The notes under the pieces were generated by a model. That model was not told the DNA's origin. It saw only the letters and a program-made list of their open reading frames with translations, and made no database searches. A program made the translations under genes and the position numbers. This document shows positions 13,825-28,280 of a stretch of 64,000 nucleotides of DNA, one piece after another; position 1 is the first letter of the stretch, and each line of letters begins with the position of its first letter. The DNA is from Octopus vulgaris (taxonomy: Eukaryota), in the NCBI GenBank assembly GCA_951406725.2, contig OX597831.1:30690001-30754000 (forward strand), in the 5' to 3' direction.

Positions 13825-14517
13825 ATATTAATCATCGACTGTTAACGTTATCTTATCTTTTCATTTTGTTACTGCATATTTCCATGTCATTTTTACGTGT
13901 CCGACATAAAATATGTTAACATTAGCTCATTCGATACATAAACCCGTTCAACAGGTTTTTGCAATCATTTCTTTCCCAATGCAAGGTCACGCTCTGAAAC
14001 ATAGGAATTCTACTCTTGTTAAGATTCACAAACTTATGCAATTCTGCTAAATATGTAAACTACGCCATTTCGCTTTATTTGTGGGTTAACCAGGCTACCA
14101 TTGGTTTCATGTGGAGAGAGGTATGCCACTTACCCTTTTTTAAGAATATTCTATGAGACGTTGCTGTTCGTCTCCATCTTGTATTAAGACATTGACTATT
14201 CATTCTCACTGCTCGATATTAACATACTTACAGACGTGTGTGTGTGTGCGTGTGTTTGTAGACGAGGTTTCTTGCTTAATATGTATTTGCAAATGAGTTT
14301 CGCAAACTGTACATTTGTTTCCAATTTTCTTTATCATACTTTCACTTTGTGTCACCTCTCCTCTTCCCGTGTCTTTTTCATTCATCGTCCTGCACTGTGC
14401 CATGTGTGTGTGAGCGTGCAAGTATGTATATATATATATACATATCCATACACACTTCATGGACACATTTTCATATATATATATATACATATATACATGC
14501 ATATATATATTTATGTA

Positions 14518-14587
<70 letters not shown>

Positions 14588-16722
14588 TGTGTGTGTGCGT
14601 GTTTGTGTGTGTATGTGTATGTATGTATTTTTTTTACATGTGTATCACTCTGCTTCCTTTCTCTGTTTTTCTATTTCACTCAAACGACTTATTTTCTTTC
14701 TCCCCACATCTTCCCCTCTCTCTCTCTTTCTCTCTGTCTGTCTCTCTCTCTTTCCCTCTTTCCCTCTTTCTCTCTCTCTTAGTGCCTTTAATCTCTCTCT
14801 TGTTTGTCTATGTGTCTGATTTCTTGTCTCTCTTTTTTCTCTGATACATGTTATCTGCGCATAACTTGTGCGTGTGTGTCTTTCTTCCACGCTGGTAGAC
14901 ATTCATTTCCATCCTAAACCATAAAACAAACAGTCAATTTCTATATAAAACAATTAGGCAACCTTACCACACCCCAACAACTAAGAACATCTTCAAACTC
15001 TATAGCCTGAATCTAACAATAAATAAACTCTCTCATTAAACGCTGCCAAAATCAATGGTTTAAAGCCACGTAAAATAGATGGAACCACGAAACTTCACAC
15101 TTATACGTTTCACGTAGATGATAACTTAACAGGAACCATTCCAAAATATACAAAGAATTGCACTATGTAAAATAAATAAAATATCAACAGCCATAGGGAT
15201 TTGAGAGATATATTGTTCCATTCGTCCGAATGCTTTTAGTTCTTCCGCTGTGTGAAAGCATGTTCGACTCTAATAACATGGAAAATGTCCCCAGACTCCG
15301 GAAATTAAGCAAAATACGTAGTTGTTTAGTCAAATAATAATCGTACAGAGCTGCCGATACCAATAATGCCTGTCTTCCGTACAAGACATAAAAGGAACCT
15401 ACTGATATGGTTCTAGACTGTATTAGGAGCTTTAGCTTTTGGCTGGTATTCAACATTTCTCCTCACCTCTGCACTGAACACTCTCATGCTGTATTGTTAC
15501 ATGCTTGTTACAAATAGTTTACACTAACCTAAGATGGGCTCAACTACTAATAACTTCTTTTCCAGCAACCAATATGTTGCTCCCCGCCACACACACACAC
15601 ATATACCTCAAACGCAGTTAAGCCTTATCAATGCGTATCTTGGCAGAGGGAAACTGTTATTTTATAGATGTACCCACATTAATATATAACTTCTTATTGC
15701 GAGACGAAACTTTGCATAACAAGTATTACATGTGATTCATAGACATATCTTATTGCTAGACATATCTAGACACGAGTGTTATACCTACAAACTAGTAATA
15801 TGACTTAGACAATTGACCACACACCATACCACTTCATTCAAAGCAATATCGCATCATATCTCACCATATTACTCCACCGATTGTGTTTTTAGCCCCCAGT
15901 GTCATAAGATAATGATAACACTAATATCGATCACGATATAAAGGTCTAATAATCATGGCCGCAACATTTTTCGTAGAAGGTTCGCTCGACCACAGCTGGC
16001 ATAGAGATCAATAATTAGATCAATAACATCAATTCATATCCTGCCGTGCCCTTACATTACCATCTCAATCCACATAGCATTGCACAGGCAACATCATATC
16101 AAATCATACGGCATCACACCACATATCATTAAGCTAAACCACACTACAAAACATACCGCGTCACAACCCACACCACATGTTCCATTATATCACATCCCAA
16201 CACCGGTCAAATATCTCTCAAAATTCAGTTGTCATAAATAAGAAAAACAGTGCAATCTATTCCTTCAATATTTGCAAAAGCCAAAATATCTACGACTAGA
16301 ACGCCTGTGGCATAATTAATTCTAATTACTAAACTGTTCTGTAAGAATATTTAATTGTACTCTCGATCAAAGCTGTCATATGCAATCAATGGTATATACG
16401 ATTGTATGACGCACATTATATGTAGACTGCGTGTGTTGGAAAAATTAAATGCAATTAGCCTACAATTTATAAGGCGTACACAGATGAAAACAAATCTAAA
16501 TACTTGTCATACATATCGCATCCATTCATTCATTGATATATACATATATGTATGTATATATATATATATATATATTTAGCAGAAGCAACACAGTTACTCA
16601 AGGAGCGAAAGTTTCGTGACCTTTAGTCTCTCTGTTCCTTCTGTAAAGTACTAACATATACTCACACTTGAGTTCTATTTTAATCCTGTTTCCACCAACG
16701 TAACTATATCTATATTTAGAGC

Positions 16723-16814
<92 letters not shown>

Positions 16815-17159
16815 ATTTTAGCTCGACAATTATAATTATATGAGTGAGACATTGCAACCTGTTGATATGAATTACTGGTCCTTAAGCAAAAGTCAGAGAA
16901 AGATTTTAATGACCAGTTACAATTGTTTCTCTACAACCTCTGCTTTCAACATCAGTTCAAGTGAAAGCAAAATTGATACAAAAACAATTACAACTGATTA
17001 TTAAATTCTTTCTTTGTTTCCTGTGGATTTTAATTTACGCCTCGCTAAACCTACACAACAGTTTCACCGTCGTGAAACGTGGAGTTTCAACATTTCGATA
17101 TTAGACTGCAATCCGATAGTGTAGAAAGCCTGAAGCTCTAACTGAGTACTGCATTGGAA

Positions 17160-17385
17160 TTACCGTATCTTCCTTCCCTGAAGGAAGATGGGCTTTGAGC
17201 AATCTCAAGTATAATCAGCCAAAATTGCCAAGATAATCTGGTACTTGACTGAGGAAAGAAAACTTCGAATGACTCGTCTTTGTTTTCTTTGTATCGTCTA
17301 TCTGGATGTTTTGTTGTCCCATTTTTGTATCACCTAACTGTCCGGATGTTTTGCGTTCTTGTCCCATTTTTGTATTTTATATATA
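17160..17385 (+). mobile_element. Probable Penelope-like pseudo-LTR fragment
   Basis: Degenerate ctgaNga...agccaaaa motifs, duplicated ggatgttttg..gtcccattttt T-rich tail ending in (TA)n; layout resembles 44060-44540 (minus). Confidence 0.35.
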
Positions 17386-17687
17386 TCAAATACAGACTAG
17401 AAAGTACCTGAAAAAGTTACACTAAGGTACATTATAGTATACACAATATTGTACAAACTAGACAAGCCAATATATTTCTGTTGAAACGTTCGTAACTTAT
17501 AAATAAACTATCAGATACTATTCTGTAAGGAAAAAAATATAACTGATTTTGAAGAAACTAATAAGTTAATATCTTTTTCTGGTAATAGAGGTTTTCTTAA
17601 ATACGCTTTAACAGGAGTGTCAAAGTTTGCAGTACCTGGTTAAATGTCAGTTAACTAACAGGAAATACACAGTTTTCATCTGCTACG

Positions 17688-17900
17688 AAGCGGTGAGCTG
17701 GCAGTATCGTTACTATGCCAGTAAAATTGCTTTGAGGTATGACTTCCAACTTTACGTTCTGAGTTCAAATGCTACCCGGTCAACTTTGCCCTTTATCCTT
17801 TTGCGGTCGATAAAATAAGTACTAGTTGAACACTGGGGATGATGTAATCGACTTACTCCCTCCCCCAAAATTACTGGCCTTCAGCCAAAGTTTGAAACCA
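17688..17900 (+). mobile_element. SINE family B, short tail
   Basis: Head, B box, Meta domain and tttgaaacc tail all present. Confidence 0.85.
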
Positions 17901-18861
17901 TATTTCAGGTACTAGAAAATGTTACTATTATTAATTTAGGGTTTTGACGATTATATTAACCATTGAACTTCATCTGTCCGATATATATTCGTTCAATCTC
18001 TGTTAGTAGAATGGCTAAGTTATGGGACACAAAATAAGACAGCATAGACACTGCTTGTTTCAAGTATCTGTTCAATAAAATTTTCACAATTTATATCTAG
18101 AAAATTCCACATTTTCCACGGATAAACATGCTGCAGTCTCAAACGATTAAATACGCTCCATTTCTGAATAACTTGGTATTTCGCCGCCATATTTTCTTCC
18201 CATGTACACTTTTTCACATTGGAAATTTTACACATTTCATTATTATTTAATATTATTTTCTCCCTACACAATCTGGCTATTATGCACATTTACACAGAAA
18301 AATTTTCCGTCTAATCTCAGTAAAACTATTTTTATTTTAAAATGCCTTTTGCTTTCCTTCATGCGCGATAATTTTCTTGTGATTTTGTTTTTTCTTCATT
18401 TGCTCTGATCAATATTTTCCTTTACATTTTTATGTATATTTATGCATCTATCTTTGTATGTACTTGTTTATTTATACACGTCAACGATATCTTATTATTT
18501 TTGCATTATTTTCAATAAAAATATTTCGTATATTTACATATTACATAGCTGCATTGATTCTTTTCTAAAACTTTCCTGCTTCTTTTCCATTTCTTCTCTC
18601 TTTCTAACCAGCTACCCCAACACCCCAATCACTTATTTCCTATAGACGTGGTGATATTGTCAACCAATAACATGATTTTGTTTCGACCTTATCCAATCAA
18701 AACACGTCTACATATAAAAAAAATTCTCTTCAGTGATGCTTGTAAACAATTTTTTTTACATATCATAATCCTTCGAAAATTCGGGGGGAAAAAAACTCGG
18801 AGTAATAATTTGTTAAATTTTAGCTTCAAATTTGATATAATAGAATATAATATAATATAAC

Positions 18862-19170
18862 GGGCAAGGCTGTATGGTTAAGAGACCATGAGGTGTCAGG
18901 TTCAGTCACATTGGACAGCATCTTGTGTAATGGCTACCTATTGTAGTACCGGATCGACTGATGCCTTGTAAGTGAAGTTGGTTGGCGGAATCTGTGTGGA
19001 AACCCGACGTATATGTATGAGTGTGCTTTTGTGATTGTCTCCCCGTCTACAGCTTGACAACTGGTGTTTACATCCCCATGACTTAGTGGCTCAGCAAAAT
19101 AGATCAATAGAATAAGTACCAGATTTTAAAAAACTTTTTAAAATAAGAGATTGGGTCGATTTGTACCTAT
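18862..19170 (+). mobile_element. SINE family A, old diverged copy
   Basis: ggctgtatggttaag head, ggttcagtc, gcttgacaac, tagaataagtacc landmarks. Confidence 0.7.
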
Positions 19171-19730
19171 GAAACCACGAGGTGTGTGCGTGTGTGCGTG
19201 TGTGTGAGATGTGTGTATGTGTGTGTGTGTGTGTGAGGCGTGTGTGTGTGTGAAGTGTCTGTGTGTGAGTATTTGCATGTGTATACACGCATATGTACGC
19301 ATATTATACAGTAATTATGACACACAATTTGCTATTTCAGTCGAAAACTCTGCACAACGGACACCACTAGGTTTCAGGGATTATCAAGAGAAAATATGCA
19401 CCGTTTCGGGACCTTCCTCTCGACGACATTCGAGAAAATATGATAAACAGAAGTATATTTTATTCCTTCCCAATTTACGTTGCACAGTTGTGGTTTTTTT
19501 GAATTCTGCTTTGATTGTTTCAATGGCAATTAGAAGCTTAACCACAACGGATAATCAGGGACAAACCTGTATTGCATTAGCTTACTCAGTAAAGTGCCTC
19601 TCTGATGATCTTTTGTGGTTAAGCATCCAATTACATTTCAAACACCCAATGCAGAGTGTTTTAAACAATCACCATGAGGAAAATTATTGATAGACAGGAA
19701 GCAAATAATATCATAATATCTTCTACGTTA

Positions 19731-20178
19731 GGCGTAGGAGTGGCTGTGTGGTAAGTAGCTTGCTTGCGAACCACATGTCTTGGGCAAGTGTCTTCTACAA
19801 TAGCCTCGGGCCGACCAAAGCCTTGTGAGTGGATTTGGTAGACGGAAGCTGAAAGAAACCCGTCGTATATATGTATATATACGTATGTATGTATGTATGT
19901 ATGTATGTATGTATGTATGTATGTATGTATGTATGTATGTATGTATGTATGTATGTATGTGTGTGTATATGTTTGTGTATCTGTGTTTGTTGCACCAATA
20001 TCACTTGACAATCGATACTGGTGTGTTTACGTCCGCGTAACTTAGCAATTCGGCAAAAGAGACCGATAGAATAAGTACTAGATAGGCATCCAAAGAATAA
20101 GTCCTAGGGTCGATTTGCTCGACTCAATGCGGTGCTCCAGCGTGGCCACAATCAAATGGCTGAAACAAGTAAAAGAGT
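19731..20178 (+). mobile_element. SINE family A with internal (TATG)n
   Basis: High similarity to 38375 and 47090 copies, with a deletion in the head. Confidence 0.92.
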
Positions 20179-20759
20179 ATTTATTTTGTGCATTATAACC
20201 AGTAATATTTCTAAGTATAACAGTAACCAGACCACTATAATGGAAGCAGACTGCCTCATGGCAATCTACGTTGAGCTTTAAACTCCAATGCCTCAGCCAT
20301 ACAACTAATTGTACACGCAAGATAAACCACATATATACATATATATATATTTTCATATATGGTGTAATGTTTCGTTGCTTTCCCTGTGTGTTTTGCGTTT
20401 AAAACTTTGCGTTACGTGTTTCCCCAAGACTATTAGAGTTAGTCACTAATACTACAGATGAGAAGTAATCTACAATATCCAATCTTTCTAGAAGGACGTT
20501 TTCAACGCAGCTACTGTCTCGTGACAAAACAGAAAACATTAGATCAACACATACAAACACACAAATATACACACACACACACACATATACATGTGTGTGT
20601 GCGTGTAAATATGTGTGTGTAGTGTATTTATAAGTATGTAGTATGTATGCACGTACGTGTGTTTATATGCATTTATACATGAGTATATGCATATATATAT
20701 GTATATCTACATATATACATATACATAAATATAATAATATATATAATATATATAATATA

Positions 20760-20799
<40 letters not shown>

Positions 20800-20921
20800 T
20801 CTATTTATATACGCGGTCACACACGTGTGTGAGTGTTTATGTGTGTGTGTATATAAATATATATATATATATCTGTATATAGATAGATAGATATGCATAT
20901 ATATATATATATATATATATA

Positions 20922-20980
<59 letters not shown>

Positions 20981-21210
20981 ATAATTCATTTGTTATATAT
21001 TTCGCTGTTGCTTGTTTCAAGTTTTAATAAACACTATATTCCGTCAACAACAGCAGACAGTGTGCAGCTAATGTGAATGATGCAGCAGTAATGCAGTTTG
21101 ACAGCATCTAACAGACACAAGCAGAATTCCAGCCATTTCCAAAGATTTGATGGGATTCTTTCATTTCTCTGTATTAGTATCTTCTTCTTTGTTGCTTCTG
21201 TAAAAGCGGT

Positions 21211-21962
21211 TGTGCTTGTGCACGTGTGTTTGTATATGTGTGCTAATGCGTCAGTGTGTGGGGGGGTATGTGTGCGTGCGTGTGTGTGTATGTGTGTGTG
21301 TGTGTGTGTGTGTGTTAGCATGTGCTTGTGCAAAAGTATTCGTATATGTGTGCTAATGCGTCAGTGCGTGTGTGGGAGTATGTGTATGTGCATGTGTGTG
21401 TATGTGTGTGTGTTAGCATGTGCTTGTGCATGTGTGTTTGTATATGTGTGCTAATGCGTCAGTGTGTGTGTGGGAGTATGTGTATGTGCGTGTGTGTGTG
21501 TGTGTGTGTGTGTTAGCATGTGCTTGTGCATGTGTGTTTGTATATGTGTGCTAATGCGTCAGTGTGTGTGTGGGAGTATGTGTATGTGCGTGTGTGTGTA
21601 TGTGTGTGTGTGTGTGTTAGCATGTGCTTGTGCATGTGTGTTTGTATATGTGTGCTAATGCGTCAGTGTGTGTGGGAGTATGTGTATGTGCGTGTGTGTG
21701 TGTATGTGTGTGTGTGTGTGTTAGCATGTGCTTGTGCATGTGTGTTTGTATATGTGTGCTAATGCGTCAGTGTGTGTGTGGGAGTATGTGTATGTGCATG
21801 TGTGTGTGTGTGTGTGTGCATGTGTGTGTGTTAGCATGTGCTTGTGCATGTGTGTTTGTATATGTGTGCTAATGCGTCAGTTACTGTGGGAGTATGTGTA
21901 TGTTCGTGTGTATGTGGGAGTATGTGTATGTGCGTGTGCGTGTGTGTGTGTGTGTTAGCATG
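21211..21962. repeat. Minisatellite, ~100-125 bp unit, about 7 copies
   Basis: ttagcatgtgcttgtgca..ctaatgcgtcag..gggagtatg unit starts near 21315, 21413, 21513, 21617, 21721, 21831, 21955. Confidence 0.95.
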
Positions 21963-22649
21963 TGAATGTGTTGCTGTGAGCAGGTGCGTGTTTTTATGTT
22001 TGTATGTATTAATGTGTTTGTCTGCGTGTGGGTAAGCCTTTGTATGCGTATGTGTGTGTGTGCGTATATGTTGTGTATGTGTTGTGTGTGTGTGTTTGTG
22101 TGTGTATGTGTGTATGTGTGTGTATGTGAGTGTATGTGTGTGCTGATAATGATGTACTTGTGGAAAGTTGTTGTGGTGATGCAAAATGCGAAGGTCTTAA
22201 GATTAGTAATACTGGTGATGGTGTTAGTGGTGGTGGTGGTGGTGGCGGTGGAGATGGATGTGCTGGTGGTGGTGGTGGTTGTAGTTAGGTATTATAGATG
22301 ATGGTGGCAGTAGCGAAATTGTTGGTGATGGTAGTGATGATTGTGGTGGTGGTGGTGGTGGTGGTGGTGGTGGTGGTGGGGGTTACTGTTGATCTTGCTG
22401 CTGCTGCTGCTGATTGGCTAGCGTGTAGGTGTTTACTCGGCTCTTTGTATTTGTGTTTTTAACAAATGGAAATGTTAGATGTACACGTGATTATCTACAT
22501 AAACACAGACACACACACACACAAGTAGACACACACACATGCATATACACAGACAAAACCACAGGCACACAAACACGAGTCCCCCCACACACACTTGCAC
22601 ACGCACATACGCACACACACATACGCACACTCGTACACATACACGTATA

Positions 22650-23075
22650 GCCGCAGACGTGGCTGTGTGGTAAGAAACTTGCATTCTAAGTACATGGCAC
22701 CTTGGGCAAGTGTCTTCTACTATAGCCTCAGAGCGACCAAAGCCTTGTGAGTGGATTTGGTTGACAGAAACTGAAAATGGCTCATCATACATACATATAT
22801 ACATACATACATATATATGTGGGTATATAAATGTATAAATAAATATATAAATATTCTTTTATTATTTTACTTGTTTCAGTCAATTGACTGCGGCCACGCT
22901 GGAGCACCGCCTTTTGTCGAACAAATCGACCCAGGACTTATTCTTTGTAAGCCTAGTACTTGTTCAGGCAGTCTCCTTTGCCGAACCGCTAGATTACGGG
23001 TACGTAAACACACCAACATCGGTTGTCAAGCGACGGTAGTGGCCGTGGTGGGGGGACAAACACACACACACACAA

Positions 23076-23128
<53 letters not shown>

Positions 23129-23292
23129 CACACATATATACGACGTTCATCTTTCAGTTTCCGTCTACCAAATCCACTCACAAGGCTGTGGTCGGCCCGA
23201 GGCTATAGTAGAAGACAGTTGCCCAAGGTGCCGCGAAGTGGGACTGAACCATGTGCCTGGTAAGCAAGTTACCACACAGCCACTTCTGCGCC
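22650..23292. mobile_element. Inverted pair of SINE A copies (22650-22790 plus, partial; 22865-23292 minus, full)
   Basis: Same family landmarks in opposite orientations about 75 bp apart. Confidence 0.88.
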
Positions 23293-23312
23293 TATATATA
23301 TATATATATATA

Positions 23313-23484
23313 AAGTTAATCCAAACAAGACAACAAAAAGACAACAACGCAAGGATGTGGAACAAATAAAGTATTATTGGACGTTCAGGAAAGAAAGGAA
23401 GAAGGAGGGTTTGACGTTTCGAGTGGAGCTCTTCGTCGGAAACATAGGAGAAGGAAAGGTCCCGAGAAGGGAAGACAGAGGAAA
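23313..23484 (-). mobile_element. Penelope-like pseudo-LTR fragment in (TA)n
   Basis: Contains the hammerhead fold at 23409-23443; both flanks TA-rich. Confidence 0.6.
23409..23443 (-). ncRNA. Minimal type-I hammerhead ribozyme-like motif
   Basis: Minus strand gttt-CCGACGAA-gag ctcca ctc-GAAA-cg-TC-aaac: stem I gttt/aaac, GUC triplet, ACGT stem III; core has C at U4. Confidence 0.62.
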
Positions 23485-23540
23485 TATAAATATATAAATA
23501 ATATATAAATATATGCATACATGTGTGTGTGCGTGCGTGC

Positions 23541-23611
<71 letters not shown>

Positions 23612-23826
23612 TGTTTGTCCAACACCACTGCCTGGTAACAGGTGCTGGTGTGCTACGACCTTCAATCCTTAACAATTCGGTAAAAGAAACCAAATTTCTC
23701 AAATTATACTGCAGCGCACAATGTTGATCGTTTGTGAAGAGACCTGGAAAGAGATGGGGGGGGGGGCGTCGTCAGGCTGAAAACGATGATTCTCAGAAGT
23801 CGAGAACTTTATTTTAAATACGAATG

Positions 23827-23828
<2 letters not shown>

Positions 23829-23925
<97 letters not shown>

Positions 23926-23992
23926 TCACACACACACACACACACACTCACACACACACACACACTCACTCACACACACACACACACACTCA

Positions 23993-24063
<71 letters not shown>

Positions 24064-24122
24064 TCAAACACACACACACACACACTCACTCACTTACACA
24101 CACACACACACACACACACACA
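23829..24122. repeat. (CA)n microsatellite, ~290 bp
   Basis: Directly visible. Confidence 0.97.
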
Positions 24123-24528
24123 GATATATATTAGGCTTTGTGCGTATATGCATGTCTGTTGGTAAATAAATGTAAGTCATTAGTTTACAGACGTCTGTGT
24201 TTTGTGTTTGGGTTTTAATACTGAGTGAATGGTGAAAGCCAAGAAGAGAAAAGAAGCCATCTAAGAATCTATGCAGAGCTAAGTATGTAAACACGCAGAC
24301 TCGCAGACACGCATCCCACCCTCACACCTCATCCCACACACAGACAGACACGTGGATGTTTTATTTTTTGTATACATATATCATAAAGAAAATTACAGTT
24401 ACTTTTATGTTCCACCGTTCAAGTTTAGTTAAGTCAGACTATCTGAATAAGCCGGTACAGTGGGACTTAGAACTGTCATTTTCCTTTAACACACACAGCC
24501 GCACACACACACACACACACACTCTGTC

Positions 24529-24599
<71 letters not shown>

Positions 24600-24654
24600 G
24601 TCTCTCTGATGCTCTCACTCTCATACACAGTACTAGCGCAAATATATCCATACT

Positions 24655-24968
24655 GGTGAGACGTAGCTATCTGGCAAAAAGTTTGCTTCCCAAACCCGTG
24701 GTTCCGGGTTCAATTCCACTGCAGGCACATCAGGCAAAATATCTTCTGCTATAGCCCTGGGCCGACCAAAACCTTGTGGACACACCCAAACAACACGCGC
24801 GCATACGACAGGCTTCTTTCCTACTCCATCTACAAAATATACCCCCATGACTTTGGTTGGCCCGCGACAACCAGTAGACGACACCTACCTGATGTGCCAT
24901 GCAAGGGGCTGAACCCAGAGCTATGTGGTTGGGAAGCAAACTTCTTGTCAGATAGCCACGCCTGCGCT
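24655..24968. mobile_element. Inverted pair of diverged SINE A 5' halves
   Basis: Plus copy 24655-24780 (tttgcttccca..gttccgggttcaattcc); minus copy 24790-24968 (ctgaacccag..tgggaagcaaac). Confidence 0.75.
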
Positions 24969-25557
24969 TGTATGTGTAGACTTGCGCAAAGAGTGTATAA
25001 GAGTGAGAGCAACATAGAGAGATGGGGGAAAGAGGGAGAGAGAAATGGAGAGAGAAAGACATCAAGTTACTTGTATGTATGTTTATATCAAAGAACATCC
25101 AAAAAATAAGAAGTTGACTAGTGAGGAAAATACATAAGGAGCTTTCTCCTTTTCTCCCCTGCAAGTGCGAGGAAAAAACCTCCTAATATTTCACTATTAT
25201 TCTGACTTCGTCCCCAAAAATGAACCCTCAGCATTAAGGAATCTTTAAATATATTATACAGTAGTTATAGAAGGAAAACAGAATTGGTGAGTAAAGAAAT
25301 TGTTCAGACACCATCTGACTGAATAAAATCATAGTTTAACTTTTAACGCTAGACCTTAAAATGATGACTAAAACTCTATGTAAAAGTGAAAATCAATAAG
25401 TTACCTTCTATTTATTTTCAATGGGCTTTTTAATGATACAAAAGTTAAGCAACATTGACCCTTAGAGAAGTTAATTGGCTGAGTTTAATTGGTAATTTCA
25501 ACTGTCGAAACAAAAATATGTGGTTGTCTCTTTTGTTGTGTACCATCAAGTCAACGA

Positions 25558-26019
<462 letters not shown>

Positions 26020-26272
26020 TTATATGGCTTTCAGTGCATGTATCAGCACAAAATACGTTTATTTCTGCGAAATAGTTTTTTTCCTGTCAGTACTATTTTG
26101 TATGAAAGAGAAAGCGTGCTTAGGCAAAACTTCCGTAGCAACCATTCCTCTTGGCCGAGTTCGAGCTATGCCTGCTCATCTGATGAGTGTGAATGAAGTA
26201 TAAATATCACAAGAAACTACGTATGTCATGGTAACAGTTCACAAATGTGGCGTCGTCATCCAACTAACGTGT

Positions 26273-26331
<59 letters not shown>

Positions 26332-26379
26332 CACATTAATGATAATTATCAAGTAGTCAGCATGGAAAAAAGCAATTTC

Positions 26380-26484
<105 letters not shown>

Positions 26485-26739
26485 AAGAGAGGGCCTAGAG
26501 TGATAACTAAATACCAACACGTTAGAGTGAAGACTGATCACGAAACATGACATCATTTACTATTCGCTTTTTCTATTTTGATTTCAAGTCTTGTAATCAT
26601 TTACTTCGCCATTCATTCTTTCGAATGAAGTACCAAGCAAGTATTTGGTTCAGTGTAATTGTATGTTCCATCTCCAAAATATATGTTTTTGAATTAAAAC
26701 TATCAATTATTATTATATTTATTAGGAAAGTAGATAATA

Positions 26740-26971
26740 TATTTCTTTACTACCCATAAGGGGCTAAACATAGAGGGGACAAACAAGGACAGACAAAGGG
26801 ATTAAGTCGATTACATCGACCCCAGTGCAAAACTGGTACTTTATTTATCGACCCCGAAAGGATGAAAGGCAAAGTCGACCGTAGCGGAATTTGAACTCAG
26901 AACGTAACGACAGACGAAATACCGCTAAGCATTTCGCCTGGCGCGCTAACGATTCTGCCAGTTCGCCGCCC
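26740..26971 (-). mobile_element. SINE family B, long tail, full length with 16-bp target-site duplication
   Basis: Flanked by aggaaagtagataata at 26724-26739 and 26974-26989. Confidence 0.95.
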
Positions 26972-27254
26972 TGAGGAAAGTAGATAATAGTTTCTGTACA
27001 ACACCCGACAAAATACTTCAGAGTTTTTAGGTAAACGCCTTTGTACGTTCAACTCGTGTTGCAATCAAAGCTTTTTTCTTATTTCCAGCATGCCTTTGTT
27101 GTTGTCCGAATATATTCAGCCTAAACCATCTCTCTGTTCTCCTTTTTGTTTAATGAATGTGCCATCTTTTAAAAAGTCTGCTGGGTGTAATGTAAAAGAA
27201 ATTTAATTGCATTTCCGTTGTGCGGCCACGTAGTAGCTCTTTCGTCGGCCCTTT

Positions 27255-28280
27255 CTGTTCTACTCTAGGCACAAGGCCCGAAATTCTGGGGGACGGTGCC
27301 AGTCGATTAGATCGACCTCAGTACGCAACTGGTACTTAATTTATCGACCCCGAAAGGATGAAAAGCAAAGTCAACCTCGGTGGAATTTGAACTCGGGGCG
27401 TAAAGAGAGACGAAATACCGCTAAGCATTCTGCCAGCTCACCGCCTTATTCATCGGTCCTTTCGTATCTTTCCTGTTGGCTCGATCTTCCAAGGGAGGCT
27501 AAAGTAGTTGAGGTCAAACAGTGGGATGTATTTACTAGACCATACACTCCTTCGTCTCAAAATTCTAGAGCTGGTGTCAGTGTTATGTATGTGATTAATA
27601 TCATACTCTTTCGAGATGAACTCGCAAAGTCGTTAGCATGCAGGGCAAAATGCTTAGCGGTAATTCGTCCGTCTTTACGCTCTGAGTTCAAGCTCCACCC
27701 AGTTAAAATTTGTCTTTCATCCTTTCGGGGTCGATAAAATAAGTACCAGTCGAGCAGTGACATCGATGTAATCGACTTACCCCCTCCCCCGAACTTCCTG
27801 GCCTTGTGCCAAAATTTGAAACCATTATTACAATATTCTAAGGAGGCGAGCTTGCAGAATCGTTAGTACGCAGGACGAAATACTTAGCGGCATTTCGATC
27901 GTCTTTACGTTCTGAGTTCAAATTCCGCTGAGGTAAAACCTGCCTTTCATCCTTTCGGGGTCGATAAAATAAGTGTTAGTCAAGTTGTAAGGGCGATGTA
28001 ATTGCCTTCCCCTCCCTCAAAATTACTATCCATTTACCAAAAATTAGAAAACATTATTACCATGATTTGAAGGCACTGAGCTGGCCGAATCGCTATTGCA
28101 TCGGACTTACTCAGCGGAGTTTCTTCCACTTCTTCACGGTCCGATTTTAAATTTCTCCAAGGTTGACCTTGCCTCTCATCCTTTCTTGGTCGATAAAATG
28201 AAGCCCCATTTGAGCAGTGAGACCGATGTAATCAATTTTCCCCTCCTTCAAAAATGCTGGCCTTGTGCCAAACTAAGAAA
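27255..28280. mobile_element. Cluster of four SINE B copies (27255-27446 minus; 27610-27825, 27840-28050, 28070-28280 plus)
   Basis: Four heads and four Meta domains. Confidence 0.88.

Noticed and set aside
13986-14120. Possible exon between aag and gag/gtatgc
   Set aside because: Stops in all three frames.
15184-15560. Minus-strand region faintly like an RLE LINE C-terminus
   Set aside because: Too degenerate to support by eye; needs a TBLASTX or HMM search.
21211-21962. Regular repeats resembling a CRISPR array
   Set aside because: No unique spacers, no cas genes, eukaryotic context; it is a minisatellite.
26177-26226. ctgatga...gaaac..gta hammerhead-like words
   Set aside because: Stem I cannot close next to the core and stem II is offset.
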